Source: Callorhinchus milii
Lineage: Eukaryota
Reading direction: 5' to 3'
Assembly (NCBI RefSeq): GCF_018977255.1
Contig: NW_024704742.1
Coordinates: forward strand, 38,442,001 to 38,506,000
Length of the DNA: 64,000 nt
Positions within the stretch are counted from its first letter, which is position 1; every line of letters starts with the position of its first letter. The notes under the pieces are model-generated. The model did no database searches. It was not told where the DNA came from and saw nothing but the letters and a program-made list of their open reading frames with translations. Position numbers and translations under genes: made by a program. Below are positions 36,911 to 49,250 of the stretch, piece by piece.

Positions 36911-37090
36911 CTGTCACCAACCATCATTGGCGGTTTGCACAGTATTGCGAGGAGCATCGAAACCCACAACTATGCTGAGGGTTTAAACATCCACACGCAC
37001 ATAGTCAGCACCAGTAACTTCAGTGAAATCTCTGCCTTTATGCCAGTTCTGAAAGTGGTCCTCACCCTGGCCAATAAACTGGGTGTTTGA
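36911..37090 (+). CDS. SEC31A: SEC31A last coding exon
   Basis: LSPTIIGGLHSIARSIETHNYAEGLNIHTHIVSTSNFSEISAFMPVLKVVLTLANKLGV*; C-terminus diagnostic for Sec31A. Confidence 0.97.
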   Translation: MSPTIIGGLHSIARSIETHNYAEGLNIHTHIVSTSNFSEISAFMPVLKVVLTLANKLGV

Positions 37091-37707
37091 GGAATGATAT
37101 AAAAGTGTAACCTGCAGGAAAAAAATATATATGGTACTTTGTTAAAAGTATATGTTGGTCAAACCTATGGAGGTTTAGAGTAAAGTGAGAATCTGAACAA
37201 ACCAATTTAAATACCCAGCGGCCATAAGTTTCATTCCACGTTGCATCTTTTGGCTGTTTTAGCAGAGTAATCTGTAAAGAGGCAAGACATTCCAGTAATC
37301 AGGTAATCAAGCCAAGTCAATAGTGGTGGGCTTTTGTCTTTTAAATCTCTTCTGTTTTGCCTGTTAAAAATATGAATTATGTGACCTAAGTAAGGCAGAT
37401 GGAATCCATACAGTATTGTAAAAATTAAGCATGCATGCATTATTGATCAAACTAAATTAGGGCAGGTTTTGTGCCATTGACGTATGGCAAACAATGGTAA
37501 AGTTTAGGACTATATCTAGCGCCAGTACAATAGAATGAAGTGGCTGAACATGCTCAATCTATAGTCAAGCCTGTGTGGGAAGGGGAGACACTTGCAACTG
37601 CTGTTTAGTCTGCAGTATTCACTGCAGGAAGCCAATTGTGGCTTCTCTTTTCTCTGTGTTCAATGCAAAATACAGACAAAAATACACCTGCAAACCACCT
37701 TATTTTA

Positions 37708-37713
37708 AATAAA
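37708..37713 (+). terminator. Likely SEC31A polyadenylation signal
   Basis: AATAAA about 620 nt after the stop, followed by a U/GU-rich tract (tctgtgtcctttttg). Confidence 0.7.
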
Positions 37714-38404
37714 CATTAATTTATTTAACTCTATATCTGTGTCCTTTTTGGGGGATGTGGTCATTTAACCGAGTGTGGCTGTTACAGTCAGGCCTATTGA
37801 TCTTTAGAAATGGCCAGTTGTCTCTATCCAACAACAAACAAAAGTCTGATCACATTACAGACCCACTTAGTGCAAAATCAGAGTACAGAAAATCACTTTG
37901 TCATGACTGATGAGAAACCTGATCGTATCTTGTAGCAGAGATAGAAAGCAAAACTATAGATCCTGGATATCTACAATTCAATCATCTAATGAAAAAGAAA
38001 GCTTTTCAGATGAGCTTTTCAGGTACCATCCTCCAAAAGAGCTGGTGGTCACAACTGAAGTGTTGACCTCTCTTTTCTGATCATGTCTTGTTTTTATAAC
38101 TTTTCTATGGAGCAGGAAAAATTGGGTGCAAATCACAAGCAAGGATCTGTTGCTCAATGAGGTCCAGAGAGGATCCTGAAACTTCCAACACTTATCTCGC
38201 CTGGTGCTTGCAACCATGCTTCACTAACTCATGTCTGCCTTTTGAATCTGCATTTCCTCATATCTTAAACTCAGTGATAATTATACATCTCGCTTTTTGC
38301 TACACAGATCAAGCTGAATCTCATACTTTGGACAGTGGTCTTTGTTGGGGTTTAGATACAGCAGACGTATAACCACAATTGAGTTATGTTGCCGTAACAT
38401 GGCT

Positions 38405-38592
38405 GGAAATCCTTCATGGTCTTAGTCTTGAGACTATAGTCTTAAATTTAAGATTGTGCTTAATTTTGGAAAAGCTTAAAAATAATTAATTTGGGAGTCA
38501 GTTTTCCACAATATCTACAAGGAACTGTTTCCAAATTCTGTACAAACTTAAATTTTAAACCAACTGATTAAGGCTGAGACCATAAGGATTAT
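38405..38592. mobile_element. Palindromic MITE-like element (related copies ~6190-6400, ~10400-10600, ~29500-29640)
   Basis: TIR aatccttcatggtcttagtcttga vs ttaaggctgagaccataaggatt; AT-rich quasi-palindromic interior. Confidence 0.6.
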
Positions 38593-39189
38593 TGGGACTC
38601 TGAAGCACTTGGCTATAAACATCTGAGTTTCACTGATCTCAAGGGATTATGTTCTCACTGTCAGTATGTGCTTCCTTTCCAAAGACTAACTACTAATTGT
38701 TAATGTTTTTACAGCCTTGGTATTCAACAATGACAGTACCAGTGATGTCCTGCACACTAAACAAACATTGATTCATGTAGTAACAGAATTTGAGCAATCT
38801 TGTTACCCACATATAGAATCATCCTAAACTATGTTTCATGATCCACCAGGCAAGGGTAAGGTCACTCTACTCATATTATGTCACATAGCTCAGTTGGTAG
38901 GTTGCATTCTCTCCTTTGGAGTACATGTAAAATAACATCAGCTGAAAGGAATGACAGTTAATGAAACTCCAGAAGTGTTGAAGAGGAACAACTAAGGATA
39001 TCTACAGAGATGAGGAAATTTTTTAATTGTTTTTTTCTACCAATTTTTCTCCTAATCCAAAGGTTCCATTGATACCTTACCCCCAGGTAGGTGTTCATTC
39101 ATCACTTATCTTGAGCAGGAATATTGACAGGCTATTCAACTGAGGTTGGTATTACAGCCAACCAAACCTAATCCTGTTCTTGAATAAAA

Positions 39190-39398
39190 CGCAAAATACT
39201 GCAGATGCTGGAATTTGAAACAAAAACAGGGAAAACTCAGCAGGTTCTGACGAAGGGTCGTGGACCCAAAACGTTGACTCACTTTCCTTTCTCCATAGAT
39301 GCTGCCTGACCTGCTGAGTTTTCCCAGCCCCCTCTTTTTTTTCTATTCGTGTTTTTACTTAACTTCCACCTGTCTGTAACTTCCAGCACCTTCATCTG
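39190..39398. mobile_element. Fold-back element resembling a Penelope-like LTR remnant
   Basis: aaaatactgcagatgctggaa...; perfect 17-bp inverted repeat at 39229-39245 / 39309-39325 enclosing a hammerhead-like core; decayed relatives near 34100-34240 and 54000-54115. Confidence 0.65.
39241..39280 (+). ncRNA. Degenerate minimal type I hammerhead ribozyme motif
   Basis: CUGACGA-a-GGGUC gug GACCC-aAAAC-GUU; the conserved GAAA box reads AAAA. Confidence 0.55.
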
Positions 39399-39399
39399 G

Positions 39400-42300
39400 A
39401 TAAGAACATAAGAATTAGGAGCAGGAGTAGGCCATTTGGCCCCTCGAGCCTGCCCTGCCATTCGATAAGATCATGGCTGATCTTCAGACCTAACGCTAAT
39501 TATCTGCCCTATCCCCATATCCCCTAATCCCTCTATTTTTTAAAAATCTATCAGTCTCAGCCTTGAAGATGTTCAAGGACTGAGCATCTACAGCCTTCTG
39601 GGGTAGTGATTTCCATGAATTCCATGAATTCACTATCCTCTGAGTGAAGAAATGTTTCTTCAACTCTGTTCTAAAAGGCTGACCCTTAATTTTAAGACTG
39701 TGACCCCTGGTTATAGATTCTCCTACCAGGGGAAACAAACCCTCAGTGTCTACTTTATCAGCCCTTTAAGAATCTTATATATTTCAATAAGATCTCCCCT
39801 AATTCTTCTGTACTCTAGAGAATATAGCCCTAGTTTATTCAGCCTATCCTCATAGGTCAGTCCCCTCATCCCAGGAACTAACTTAGTGAATCTACGCTGC
39901 ACCCTCTCTAGGGCAAGTATGTCCTTTTTTAAATAAGGAGATCAAAACTGCACACAATACTCTAGGTGCGGTCTCACCAAGGCCCTATACAGTTGCAGCA
40001 AGAGTTCCCTACTCTTGTACTCTAAACCTTTTGCAATGAACGCTAACATGCCGTTCACCTTCTTAGTTGCTTGCTGCACCTGCAAACTAACTTTTTGAGA
40101 CTGGTGTATAAGGACACCCAAATCCCTCTGAACACTAACACTATCTAATCTCTCCCTCTCTAGAAAATAATCTGTTTTTCTATTTTTTCTACCTAGGTGA
40201 ATAACTTCACACTTCCCCACATTAAATTCCATCTGCCACCTACTCGCCCACTCCCCTAGCCTATCTATATCCCATTGCAATCTTTTTGCATCATCCTCAG
40301 AGCTTATTCTCCCACCTAGTTTAGTGTCATCCGCGAATTTAGATACGTTACATTCAATGTCCTGGTCTAGATCATTGATGTAAATAGCTGAGGCCTAAGC
40401 ACTGATCCTTGTGACATCTTGCCAATTCGAGAATGACCCATTTATCCCATCTCTGTTTTCTACCCGTTAGCCACTCTTCAATCCATGCTAATATCTTCCC
40501 ATTAATCCTGTGGGCCTTAACCTTGTGCAATAGCTTTTTGTGTGGCACTTTGGCAAATGCCTTTTNAAAATATAAATATACTACATCTACTGGTTCCCCC
40601 CTATCTAACCTGCTAGATACATCTTCAAGAAACTCTAAGAGGTTAGTTAAGCATGACTTCCCTTTTGTAAAGCCATGTTGACTCTGCCTAATCTTGTTAT
40701 GGTCTTCCAGGAATCCCATAAGGACATCTTTAATTAAGGGCTCAAGAATTTTCCCTACCACTGATGTCAGACTAACTGGTCTATAGTTGCCCATCTTTTC
40801 TCTCCCACCCTTCTTAAATAGCGGTGTTATATTTGCAATCTTCTAATCAATGGGAACCGTTCCAGAATCCAGAGAATTTTGGAAGATCATAGACAAGCCA
40901 TCCACTATCTCAGTAGCCACCTCTTTTAAAACCCTAGGATGTAGGCCATCAGGTCCAGGAGATTTATCAGTTTTAAGACCTGACAATTTACCTAAAACCA
41001 TTTTTTTACTAATATTAATTCCCCCAAGTTGTTCGCTAACATTGTCTTTTTGGTTCCCTTCTATTCTTGGTAGGTTCAGTGTCTTCTAAAGTGAAGACAG
41101 TAGCAAAGTACTTGTTTAATGACTCTGCCATGTCTTTGTCCCCTACTATAATTACCCCCGTCTCTGCCTGTAGCAGACCCACATTTACCTTTGACAGCCT
41201 CTTCCTCTTTATATATTTATAAAAACTCTTGCAGTCTGTCTTTATGTTCTTCGCTAGTTTGCCCTCATATTCCATTTTCTCCCTCTTAATCACTTTTTTG
41301 GTTCTCCTTTGTTGATCCCTAAAGTTCTCCCAATCCTCAGGTTTACTACTCATCTTAGCTGTTTTATAGGCTTCTTCCTTTAACTTTATACTTTCCCTAA
41401 CTGCTCTAGTTAGCCACGGTTGGGCCACCTTTACCGTGGCATTCTTATTCCTCAAAGGAATACATACTCACTGGAGATTTTGCACTATCTCCTTAAACGT
41501 CTGCCATTGCTGGTCTACTGTCGAATCCTTAAGTCTAATTTCCCAGTTTATTTTGGCTAAATCCTCTCTCATACCAACAAAATTGGCTCTACTTAAATTT
41601 AAAACCTTTGCTTCAGACTTAACTGCTTCTCTCTAACTTAATGCTAAATTCCATCATATTATGATCACTTTGCCCTAGAGGAGCCTTCATTTCTAGTTTG
41701 CTGATCAGCCCTGCTTCATTGCACAAAACAAGGTCTAATATGGCCTGTTCCCTGGTTGGCTCCTCTGCATACTGATCTAGATAATTATCCCTAATACATT
41801 CTATAAACTCTTCCTCTATCATACTTTTCCCAATTTGGTTGTCCCAATCTATGTGCAGATTAAAATCACCCACAATTAATGTTTTTCCTTTACTACATGC
41901 TCTGCTAATTTCCTGATTTATATCTTGAGAGATACTGTGACTGCTGTTCGGGGGTCTATAAACTACTCCCACAAGAGTTTTCTGCCGCTTGTTACGTACC
42001 TCTACCCATACTGACTCTACTTCCTGCTTTTCTGATTTAAAATTTTTCATCTCTACTGTTTTTATCCCATCCTTTATTAGCAGGGCCACCCTCCTCCTCG
42101 TTTACCACATTGCCTATCTTTTCTATACGCCACATACCCTGGAATATTTAGCTCCCACCCTTGATCTCCCTTTAACCATGTCTCGATGATGGCTACCAGA
42201 TCATACCCGTTTGTTTCTATTTGTGCATTTACTTATCTATCTTGTTTCGAATGCGTCACGCATTCAGATATAGCACCTTTAATTCTGACTTCGGGCTATT

Positions 42301-43850
42301 AGTCCTATTCACCAGTACCCTATCCTTGGGCTTTCTTTCCCCGCATGACACACTTTGCTCATTTCTCTGGTTAATCTGCTCTCCCACTTTCATCGGTCCT
42401 AATTTTAATTGTGACAGATTACAAGTGATCAAATTTACCACCCACCCCCTTACTAGTTTAAAGCCCTGTCTACCTCCCTATTTATTTGTGTTGCCAGGAC
42501 ATTTGTCCCAGCCCTGTTTAAGTGGAGTCCATTCCTTTGGAATAGCTCCTGTCTCCCCCAATACTGGTGCCAGTGGCCTATAAAGTGAAACTCCTGCCCT
42601 CCACACCATTCTTTTAGCCAGGTATTCAGTTACTTAATTTTTTTTTGCCTGTACCAATTTGCCCCTGGCTCAGGTAATAATCCCAATATTAATACCTTCG
42701 AAGTTCTACTCTTCAGCTTAACTCCCAATTCCCAGAACTTGTTTCTCAACTCGTCCCTACCTGTCCTACCTACATCATTGGTCCCTAATTGAATCATAGC
42801 TATTGGATCCACTCCCTCCTGCTTCACATTTTTCTCCAGCCCAGAAGTGACGTCCTTCACCCTAGCCCCAGAAAGGCAACAGAGTCTTCTTGTCTCCCTG
42901 CTACAGCTGCAGAAAAGCGCATCAGTCTTCCTGACTGTCTCATCCCCAATTACCACTATATTCCTTCTGACTATTCCCCTTTGTGTGGCCTCCTGTATAG
43001 AGGTGTTGGGGTAAGTTTGCCCATCTTCCTCACAGACTTCCTTGTCCACACAGGTTGCAAGTATTTCATACCTTTTGGACAAGCCTGGGGTTCCTCTGCC
43101 CCTCTCTTTCGGGTCCCCTTATGTGCCTGTCTGACCGTCACCCAGTCCTGTCCGTGGTTGGCAACGGAATGTTCCCTGGGACTCGTGGGAGTGTCTGGCT
43201 CCAGGGTGAAACTGTCCAGGAAGCTCTCCCCATCTCTAATGCTGTGCAGTGTCTCCACCTGAGACTCCAGCTCAGCTATTCTCAGCTGGAGCTTCCTCAG
43301 TTGCAGACATTTACTGCAGATGAAGTCGCCCAGGCTCAGGTTGCCGTCCATCAACTCCCACATACCTCACACATCACCCTCCAGGTCATTCTCTCCTCTC
43401 TCTTTATCCCTATGTTATTGTCATTAGAAGATATACTACAACCTTACACCTAATTCCCACTCTGACCCAATTCCTTCTCACTCTGGCCTCACCTCATTCT
43501 GGGCTCTCTGCTTGAGTAAGGCTCTAGCGGCTATCCACTTTTTATACCCTCTGGATGCAACCAGTTTCCAATTGGTCAGCAGTAAGTTAGAATTAACACC
43601 AAATCAAGTGATTAATTAGTATATTGCTTGTTATTGGTTAAGTCTAACTCAAATTAACTACAGCTGCTCCCTGTAGAGTTTCACCACAAGACCAATCTAC
43701 CAACGGTATCAACAGTTTAAACAGTTTTTAGCAGCACAACACTTGAACACTCACGATAGCAGTTCCCACAGCAATTCCCACTCTCACCCAATTCCTTCTC
43801 ACTCTGGCCTCGCCTCACTCCGGACGTAGCTCACTCTGGGCTCTCTGCTC
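39400..43850 (-). mobile_element. Near full-length CR1 LINE (ORF1 zinc finger + SGNH esterase; ORF2 APE + RT), inactivated
   Basis: ORF1: CSKCLQLRKLQLRIAELE and NIVVIGD...CLSGARVKDV...LGTNDVG. ORF2: LKVLYLNA, VGVVYRPPN, GDFNL, LGQSDHNM, NYRPVSLTSVVGK, QHGFTKGKSCLTNLLEF, WQMEFNVGKC, LYRALVRPHLEYCVQF. The 3' tail reads ...cctactcctgctcctaattcttatgttcttat. Multiple stops and frameshifts. Confidence 0.95.
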
Positions 43851-43899
43851 CTAATAATGGGGCAGTGGGCATTCAGACACCCTGATTTATCACATCATC

Positions 43900-44261
43900 A
43901 TAATAATAATAATCCTTTCATTTGATATAGCGCCTTTTCACACCTTCAAGACGTCTCAAACCACTTCACAGAATATATTGTAAAGTGAATTGACTGTAGA
44001 TTTTGTGGGTGAAAAGTGGCAGCCAATTGCACACAGCAGTATCCCACAAACTGTCATGGATTGAGGGGCCAAATTATTTTTATTTTGAAGGAATTCTCAC
44101 TCCCGGAAACCAACTGACTAACAACCAGGTTCCTACTTACTGCTAGGTAAACAGGCATGTGGAGTAAGGAAACTTGCCCAATGTTTCGCCCTGCCAGGAA
44201 TCAAACCCAGATCCTCTCACTTGTGAGGCGAATGCTCTAACCACTAAGACTACAGGACTCC
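43900..44261 (-). mobile_element. tRNA-derived SINE, full length
   Basis: Same family as 28607-28936. Confidence 0.88.
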
Positions 44262-45543
44262 ATAATCTTGAAAACCCATTATTTGATCACCCCTTAAACC
44301 TCTAAGCTCTAGTGGAAACAACTCTAACTCAATTAATTTCTTTCCTTCAACCAATTTTAAAATAATTGGTAAGATTGCTGAAAATGTGTGGGTAGGGAAT
44401 GGTTATGAAAGCACATAAAGACACCCTTGTCTTTGGCACATCTTCTGTTGGCAAAACAGCATATTCATAGGGAAGGGGGGTGGAGATAGGGATGGGGGCA
44501 CGGTGATGGGGTGGAGGTAGGGATTCTTCCCACTCAGCTCCCGTTAACTCTGCATGCCAAAGCCCTACCAGATAAGATGATCCTAGCTGGACAAGCAGCT
44601 TGCCAGACATTGCTTTCAATGGCAAGCTACACAGTTTTAGCTGGTTAGACTGCAGCAGTACCCCCAACACACATTCTGGGGTCCTCAAGCCTTGGTTCTC
44701 GCCGATTTGATCTTAATCCTCAACAGCATTAGGATTAGGTAAATAGGGTGGATCCCTCCAGGGATTCTATTCCAGACAGTGACATTTCCATGTATAGATG
44801 GCATACATATGTAGAACTTCACTCTGGTGTGAATACTCAAGCATGGTGATGGGTTTCCACATGACCATTAAAAAAAAGTATAGGTATGGATTGGAATAAA
44901 GACTGGTTTGCTGACAATTCATTGCATATTCTCATAACTCTGGGAGAATTGACCCCCTCCTCCCAACATTCCCCTTCACACTTCTAGTCAAAATCTTAAA
45001 TGAAACACTCTCTTGTCCTGGAATCATCCACAAGTAGAAATAGTTCTTCGCCATTTATCAGATTAAACCATTTAATTATCTTAAGTACACTCTCGATTGA
45101 AGCGTTGTGACAAGTGTCTGAAGTACATTGTCTTTTTCCCCAACAACAAATTACATTTGTATAATGCATTTCATGTCGGGAGGAAGTCCCAAACTGAGTT
45201 CTACCACCGGTCCTACCCACAAGTACTGATGGGTGAGGTTCTTCTATTTAAATAGCAGCTTCACCCAACCTCCACTCTCACAGAGACAGATTGAAGTCTG
45301 CTGCGATTGAGCTGTCTCATCAACACAAATTGTTTTTCTTTGATAAGAAATCAGTCATTTCCATGTGTATGGAGGGAGGGGGGCCGGGGTTAGGAAATCA
45401 GCAATGTTTATTGCTGGTATTCAACCAAAATGAAAATCTGAATTAATGTTTGAGTAGGTGAGGGGCAATGATGATCTGAGCCAAAATGTTCCACCAAAGG
45501 TGGCTTTGCCTGGGCTCTCTGGCTGGGGACTACTTTGGGTGAC

Positions 45544-45792
45544 CAGGGTGGCCAGAAATTAAAATACATCTCTAGCCCAAAGTCAACCAAATAGTTAGCC
45601 CAAAAATAGCCCAATATGTGTTGCCTTCTATGGGTAGCAGAGTGACCAATTTAGGTTAGTGCTTTTGAAACTGTGTAAGAAAGGATCTTCAAAGGAAAAA
45701 TAAATTGCAGGTATAATTTAAAATTTAGGCACCCGCCCAGGGCGTTTTTACCCCTGTACAGTGCAACAAAACCCGCCCAATTGTGGCCACAG
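45544..45792. mobile_element. Probable hAT-type MITE
   Basis: Starts cagggtggccaga and ends tgtggccacag; internal repeated gcccaa motifs; gggtga present on both flanks. Confidence 0.45.
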
Positions 45793-46547
45793 CGGGTGAG
45801 GCGGCTGATGGAGGAAGCACTTTGCTTATTTGGGTCAGTTTTCTGCATCAGCCCTTCCGCTGCACCAAAGCCAAGACAGACCGTCTGCTGCACCAGACAC
45901 AGCTAACTGCGCGTCATTTCCATTTATATATAAAAAGATAACCCCTTACACATCGCAACAGTAAAATATGTTAAAACAAACACAATCCAATGATTCAAAG
46001 TGAAGCCCCAATTCAGAATCTCAATTGGGAACGAGAGGGGATCAAACGCTTCCAATAAACTCAAAAAGAGAAAAGCACGTATCAAAATGCAATGAGCAGT
46101 GCACGTTTACTGCTGTGCACATCGAATACCAAAACCCATTTTGCTTTAAACCTCACAGAGAAAGGGGGGGAAGCACGCAGGCTGCAAACATTCAAGACTG
46201 CTCACAAACCAGATTCCACCTTGAAATCGACAGAATATTCAAAAGCACAGCTGGGTGCTTGGCTTTGCAGCAAATGGATGATGCAAAACAAATGAGTTTC
46301 AAATGCATCCAATTCACACCAGCTGCTCATATTAAAATCCAGCTCATTTTAAACCACCCACCTTCACTTTGCAAACCATCCAGCGGGTCGTTTGCCAGCT
46401 AGGTTACACATTCTGCATATTGCATGAAAAAAACACACGCCAGAAATGAACAGGAAACACAGTTCCCTGAATAACAGCCCCTATTCATAACTCGTCGAGC
46501 TGTAGATCTGATCAGTGCATTTATTTCCAAGCCTGTGACATCAGCGC

Positions 46548-46757
46548 AATAATAATAATAATAATAATCCTTGCATTTGCTATAGCGCTTTTCACATCGG
46601 GAGGACGTCCCAAAGCGCTTCACAGAACACACTGTAAAGTGAATTGACTGTATATTTGTGGGCGAACGCGGCAGCCAATTGCGCACAGCAATGTCCCACA
46701 AACAGTCGTAGATTGAAAATGACCAATTTATTATTGTTTTGTTTTGGAGGGATTATT
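46548..46757 (-). mobile_element. SINE 3' half (young variant)
   Basis: Nearly identical to 32429-32626. Confidence 0.88.
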
Positions 46758-48922
46758 TAATAAATGTGAAATTTAGCGGATTAAAAGCCTGAAAGAAAAA
46801 AAATATGTTTGCAGCTCTCGTTTTTTTTATTGTGGGTTGTTTTAATTTGGGTTCACAATGGATTCAAAATAAAAAGCGAATACAAATTAAGGATCCGATG
46901 AAATGAATCCCAAATTGTGCATCCGAAAACAGGACGCATTGTCAAATGCATTCGAATAATTTTTTTTTAAAACATCACAGATACAGCAAATCATATTTGA
47001 ATAATTTGAAGCCCGATTGGCCTGACTGCTGTCTTGCTCTTGATGCATTAACTCACGTTGATGCTCTCCAGCTTCACACACCAATGCACAATTGTATCAC
47101 ATCTCGCACGTCAATTGGGGGGAAAATGACCCAGATTTGCACAATGTCATGTCTGAGCTGGAGATTTTGCAGTGCTGTAAGACACTTCTGGAAAATTTGA
47201 TTCTGGAAGGCAGTCAAGCTGGCTTCTTTGATATCAGTCAAAAAGAAGGAAAAATGAACTTCTCATTATAACTGCATCCTATTATAAAGTTACTCAACAC
47301 TAACTGTGGGATATTGATGTGTGCCACTGGCTGCAGCGTCTCGCCCACAAAATACATGGTCAATCTACTTTACAGTGTATCCTGTGAAGCGCTTTGAGAT
47401 GTCTCAACTACGTGATAAGGTATTATATCAAATGCAAGGATTAGTATTAATAATGTTATTATAAATAATTAATATGATCAATCTCCTCATGTGTTGGGCC
47501 TTAGTAAATAAAAAAAAACATTCTCTCTCCTCCCTCCACAGACTCCACTGGCCCAACAATAAGTCAGTGTAGGCTGAAGAACACAACCCCCCTCAACAAT
47601 GGATTTGGTTCTCTAGAACATCAGGACTGTCCTTTAAAGGTCCTTCTGCCAAACCAAAGGCAGATATCCATCAAATCACTGATGTGGAAACTTTAAGGCT
47701 TGTGACCACAGCTGCTGGAAGGTGTTCCCTGGAATCCAGGATCATGAACACATGCTCATAAATCTAGGGCAATGGGTAGGGATGGTGTCCTAGCTGTGGG
47801 CAGGAGTACATTGGCAATGCTGCCAACGCATTCACGCTGAGCTGTACTGCTCACCAGGAGGTCTGCAGGCAGGTCTGCAGGGAGTTCTGTTGGCTGACCA
47901 ACAAAATACATTTTCTTGAGTGAATTTTCAATCAAGAAAAAAACTGAAAACACACGACTGATCGAACACAGACTTACCTGGACTTGTGGGAATATTCGAG
48001 GAGCTGCGTCTTGACGGCCCCATGGGCCACTTCTGGTTGGCCACCACTGATCTGCGGCTTGGGATCCCCCATGCAGAGGGGTAAGCAGCTGCTTCTCAAG
48101 CTCCACGCTTCCAACTGGTGGAACCATCGCTCAATGGGTAGGGGATGGTGTTGTCAATGCTGCCAATGCATTTCACTCTGAGCTGTACTGAGCTGCTCAC
48201 CCAGAGGTCTGAATGGAGTTCCTGGTATTTGCTATCTATCCAGTGAGGGCTATGCTTATTGGATATCAAATAATGAGCCAGTGACTATTCTCCTTGCATT
48301 GAGATAATCAGAGTCTCCTTGAAGCTGAGCTGACACTAAGTAGGTGACATGCCTGGCAACAGAATATCGGAATCAAGTCAACTCTCTGGTGTCAGTGAAT
48401 CAGTTGTCAGGTTCTTCAGCCTTGTGAATCTGCAGTCCTCCAGCACAGCTGATCTCAGCCCAGCCAACCTACCTTATTGGCAGGTTGGATTTGGAGTGGC
48501 AGACCATTCATGAGGGTGGGGAAGGTTGGGATTCTTCTCACCCAGGTTCTGTTAACCCTACAAAGCAAAGCTCTGACAGGATGGTGGTCCTAGCTGGACA
48601 AGCAGAAAGCTTGCCAGATAGTGATATCAATGGCAAGCTTCGCTCTTGCCATTGTAAACAAATACTCTCCTGATTTATGTAAAATGGCTAAATCTCTCCA
48701 GGAAAAAAGTACCCATTCCATTCCAGGTACAGGAAAATGTCCATGTATAGGTTGTATATATATATGGTTTGTTCCCTTGTGTGTCAGACACCTGGCTGAC
48801 CCCTAAAAAGTAAAGTTGGTATTATGTCAATCTATTGCTTTAAAGAACCATTGACACCTGAATGAGTTAACACAGGTTTGTCGTTTCCTTTTAATAAAAG
48901 CAAGAAGGGAGGAGAAGGTACT

Positions 48923-49250
48923 CCTGCAAAACATTTAACTACATGATCAAAATTGCATGATCAAAACTTAATCTACTTGTCAAATCGTGCTCAATAGACA
49001 CCATTGTGAGTGCATTCAAGCTGTCCTAGATCATCGTGGATCTGAGCGAGTTTTTGATGAGATTCATCTTTGAGAACGAGAGTTCACCACAGACTATTAC
49101 TGGTTATGTTAAGAAAGTACAAAGAACAACAGCCACATTTGGAAATGTTGATTCCACCAAGTGATTCTGAGCCTTATACTTTAGCATTTCATGCAGAGTT
49201 TTCTCTGATGCAGTGTTTTTTGATGCAGACAGCGCCACTGAGATAGGCTT
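48923..49250 (-). mobile_element. hAT transposase fossil (C-terminal dimerisation domain)
   Basis: Minus-strand LHEMLKY...STFPNVAVVLCTFLT*PVIVCGELSFSKMNLIKNSLRSTMI*DSLNALTMVSIEHDLTSRLSFDH matches the hATC motif FPN...LT.PV...ERSFSKL.LIKN.LRSTM...RL..L...SIE. Confidence 0.88.

Noticed and set aside
37907..37950. CTGATGA...GAAA hammerhead-like boxes
   Set aside because: No stem II or stem I pairing can be drawn.
45720..45950. GC boxes, CCAAT and TATA-like sequence suggesting a promoter for a downstream gene (SCD5 follows SEC31A in mammals)
   Set aside because: The ccgccc(aa) motifs fall inside a probable hAT MITE, and I found no SCD5-like exon in the window.
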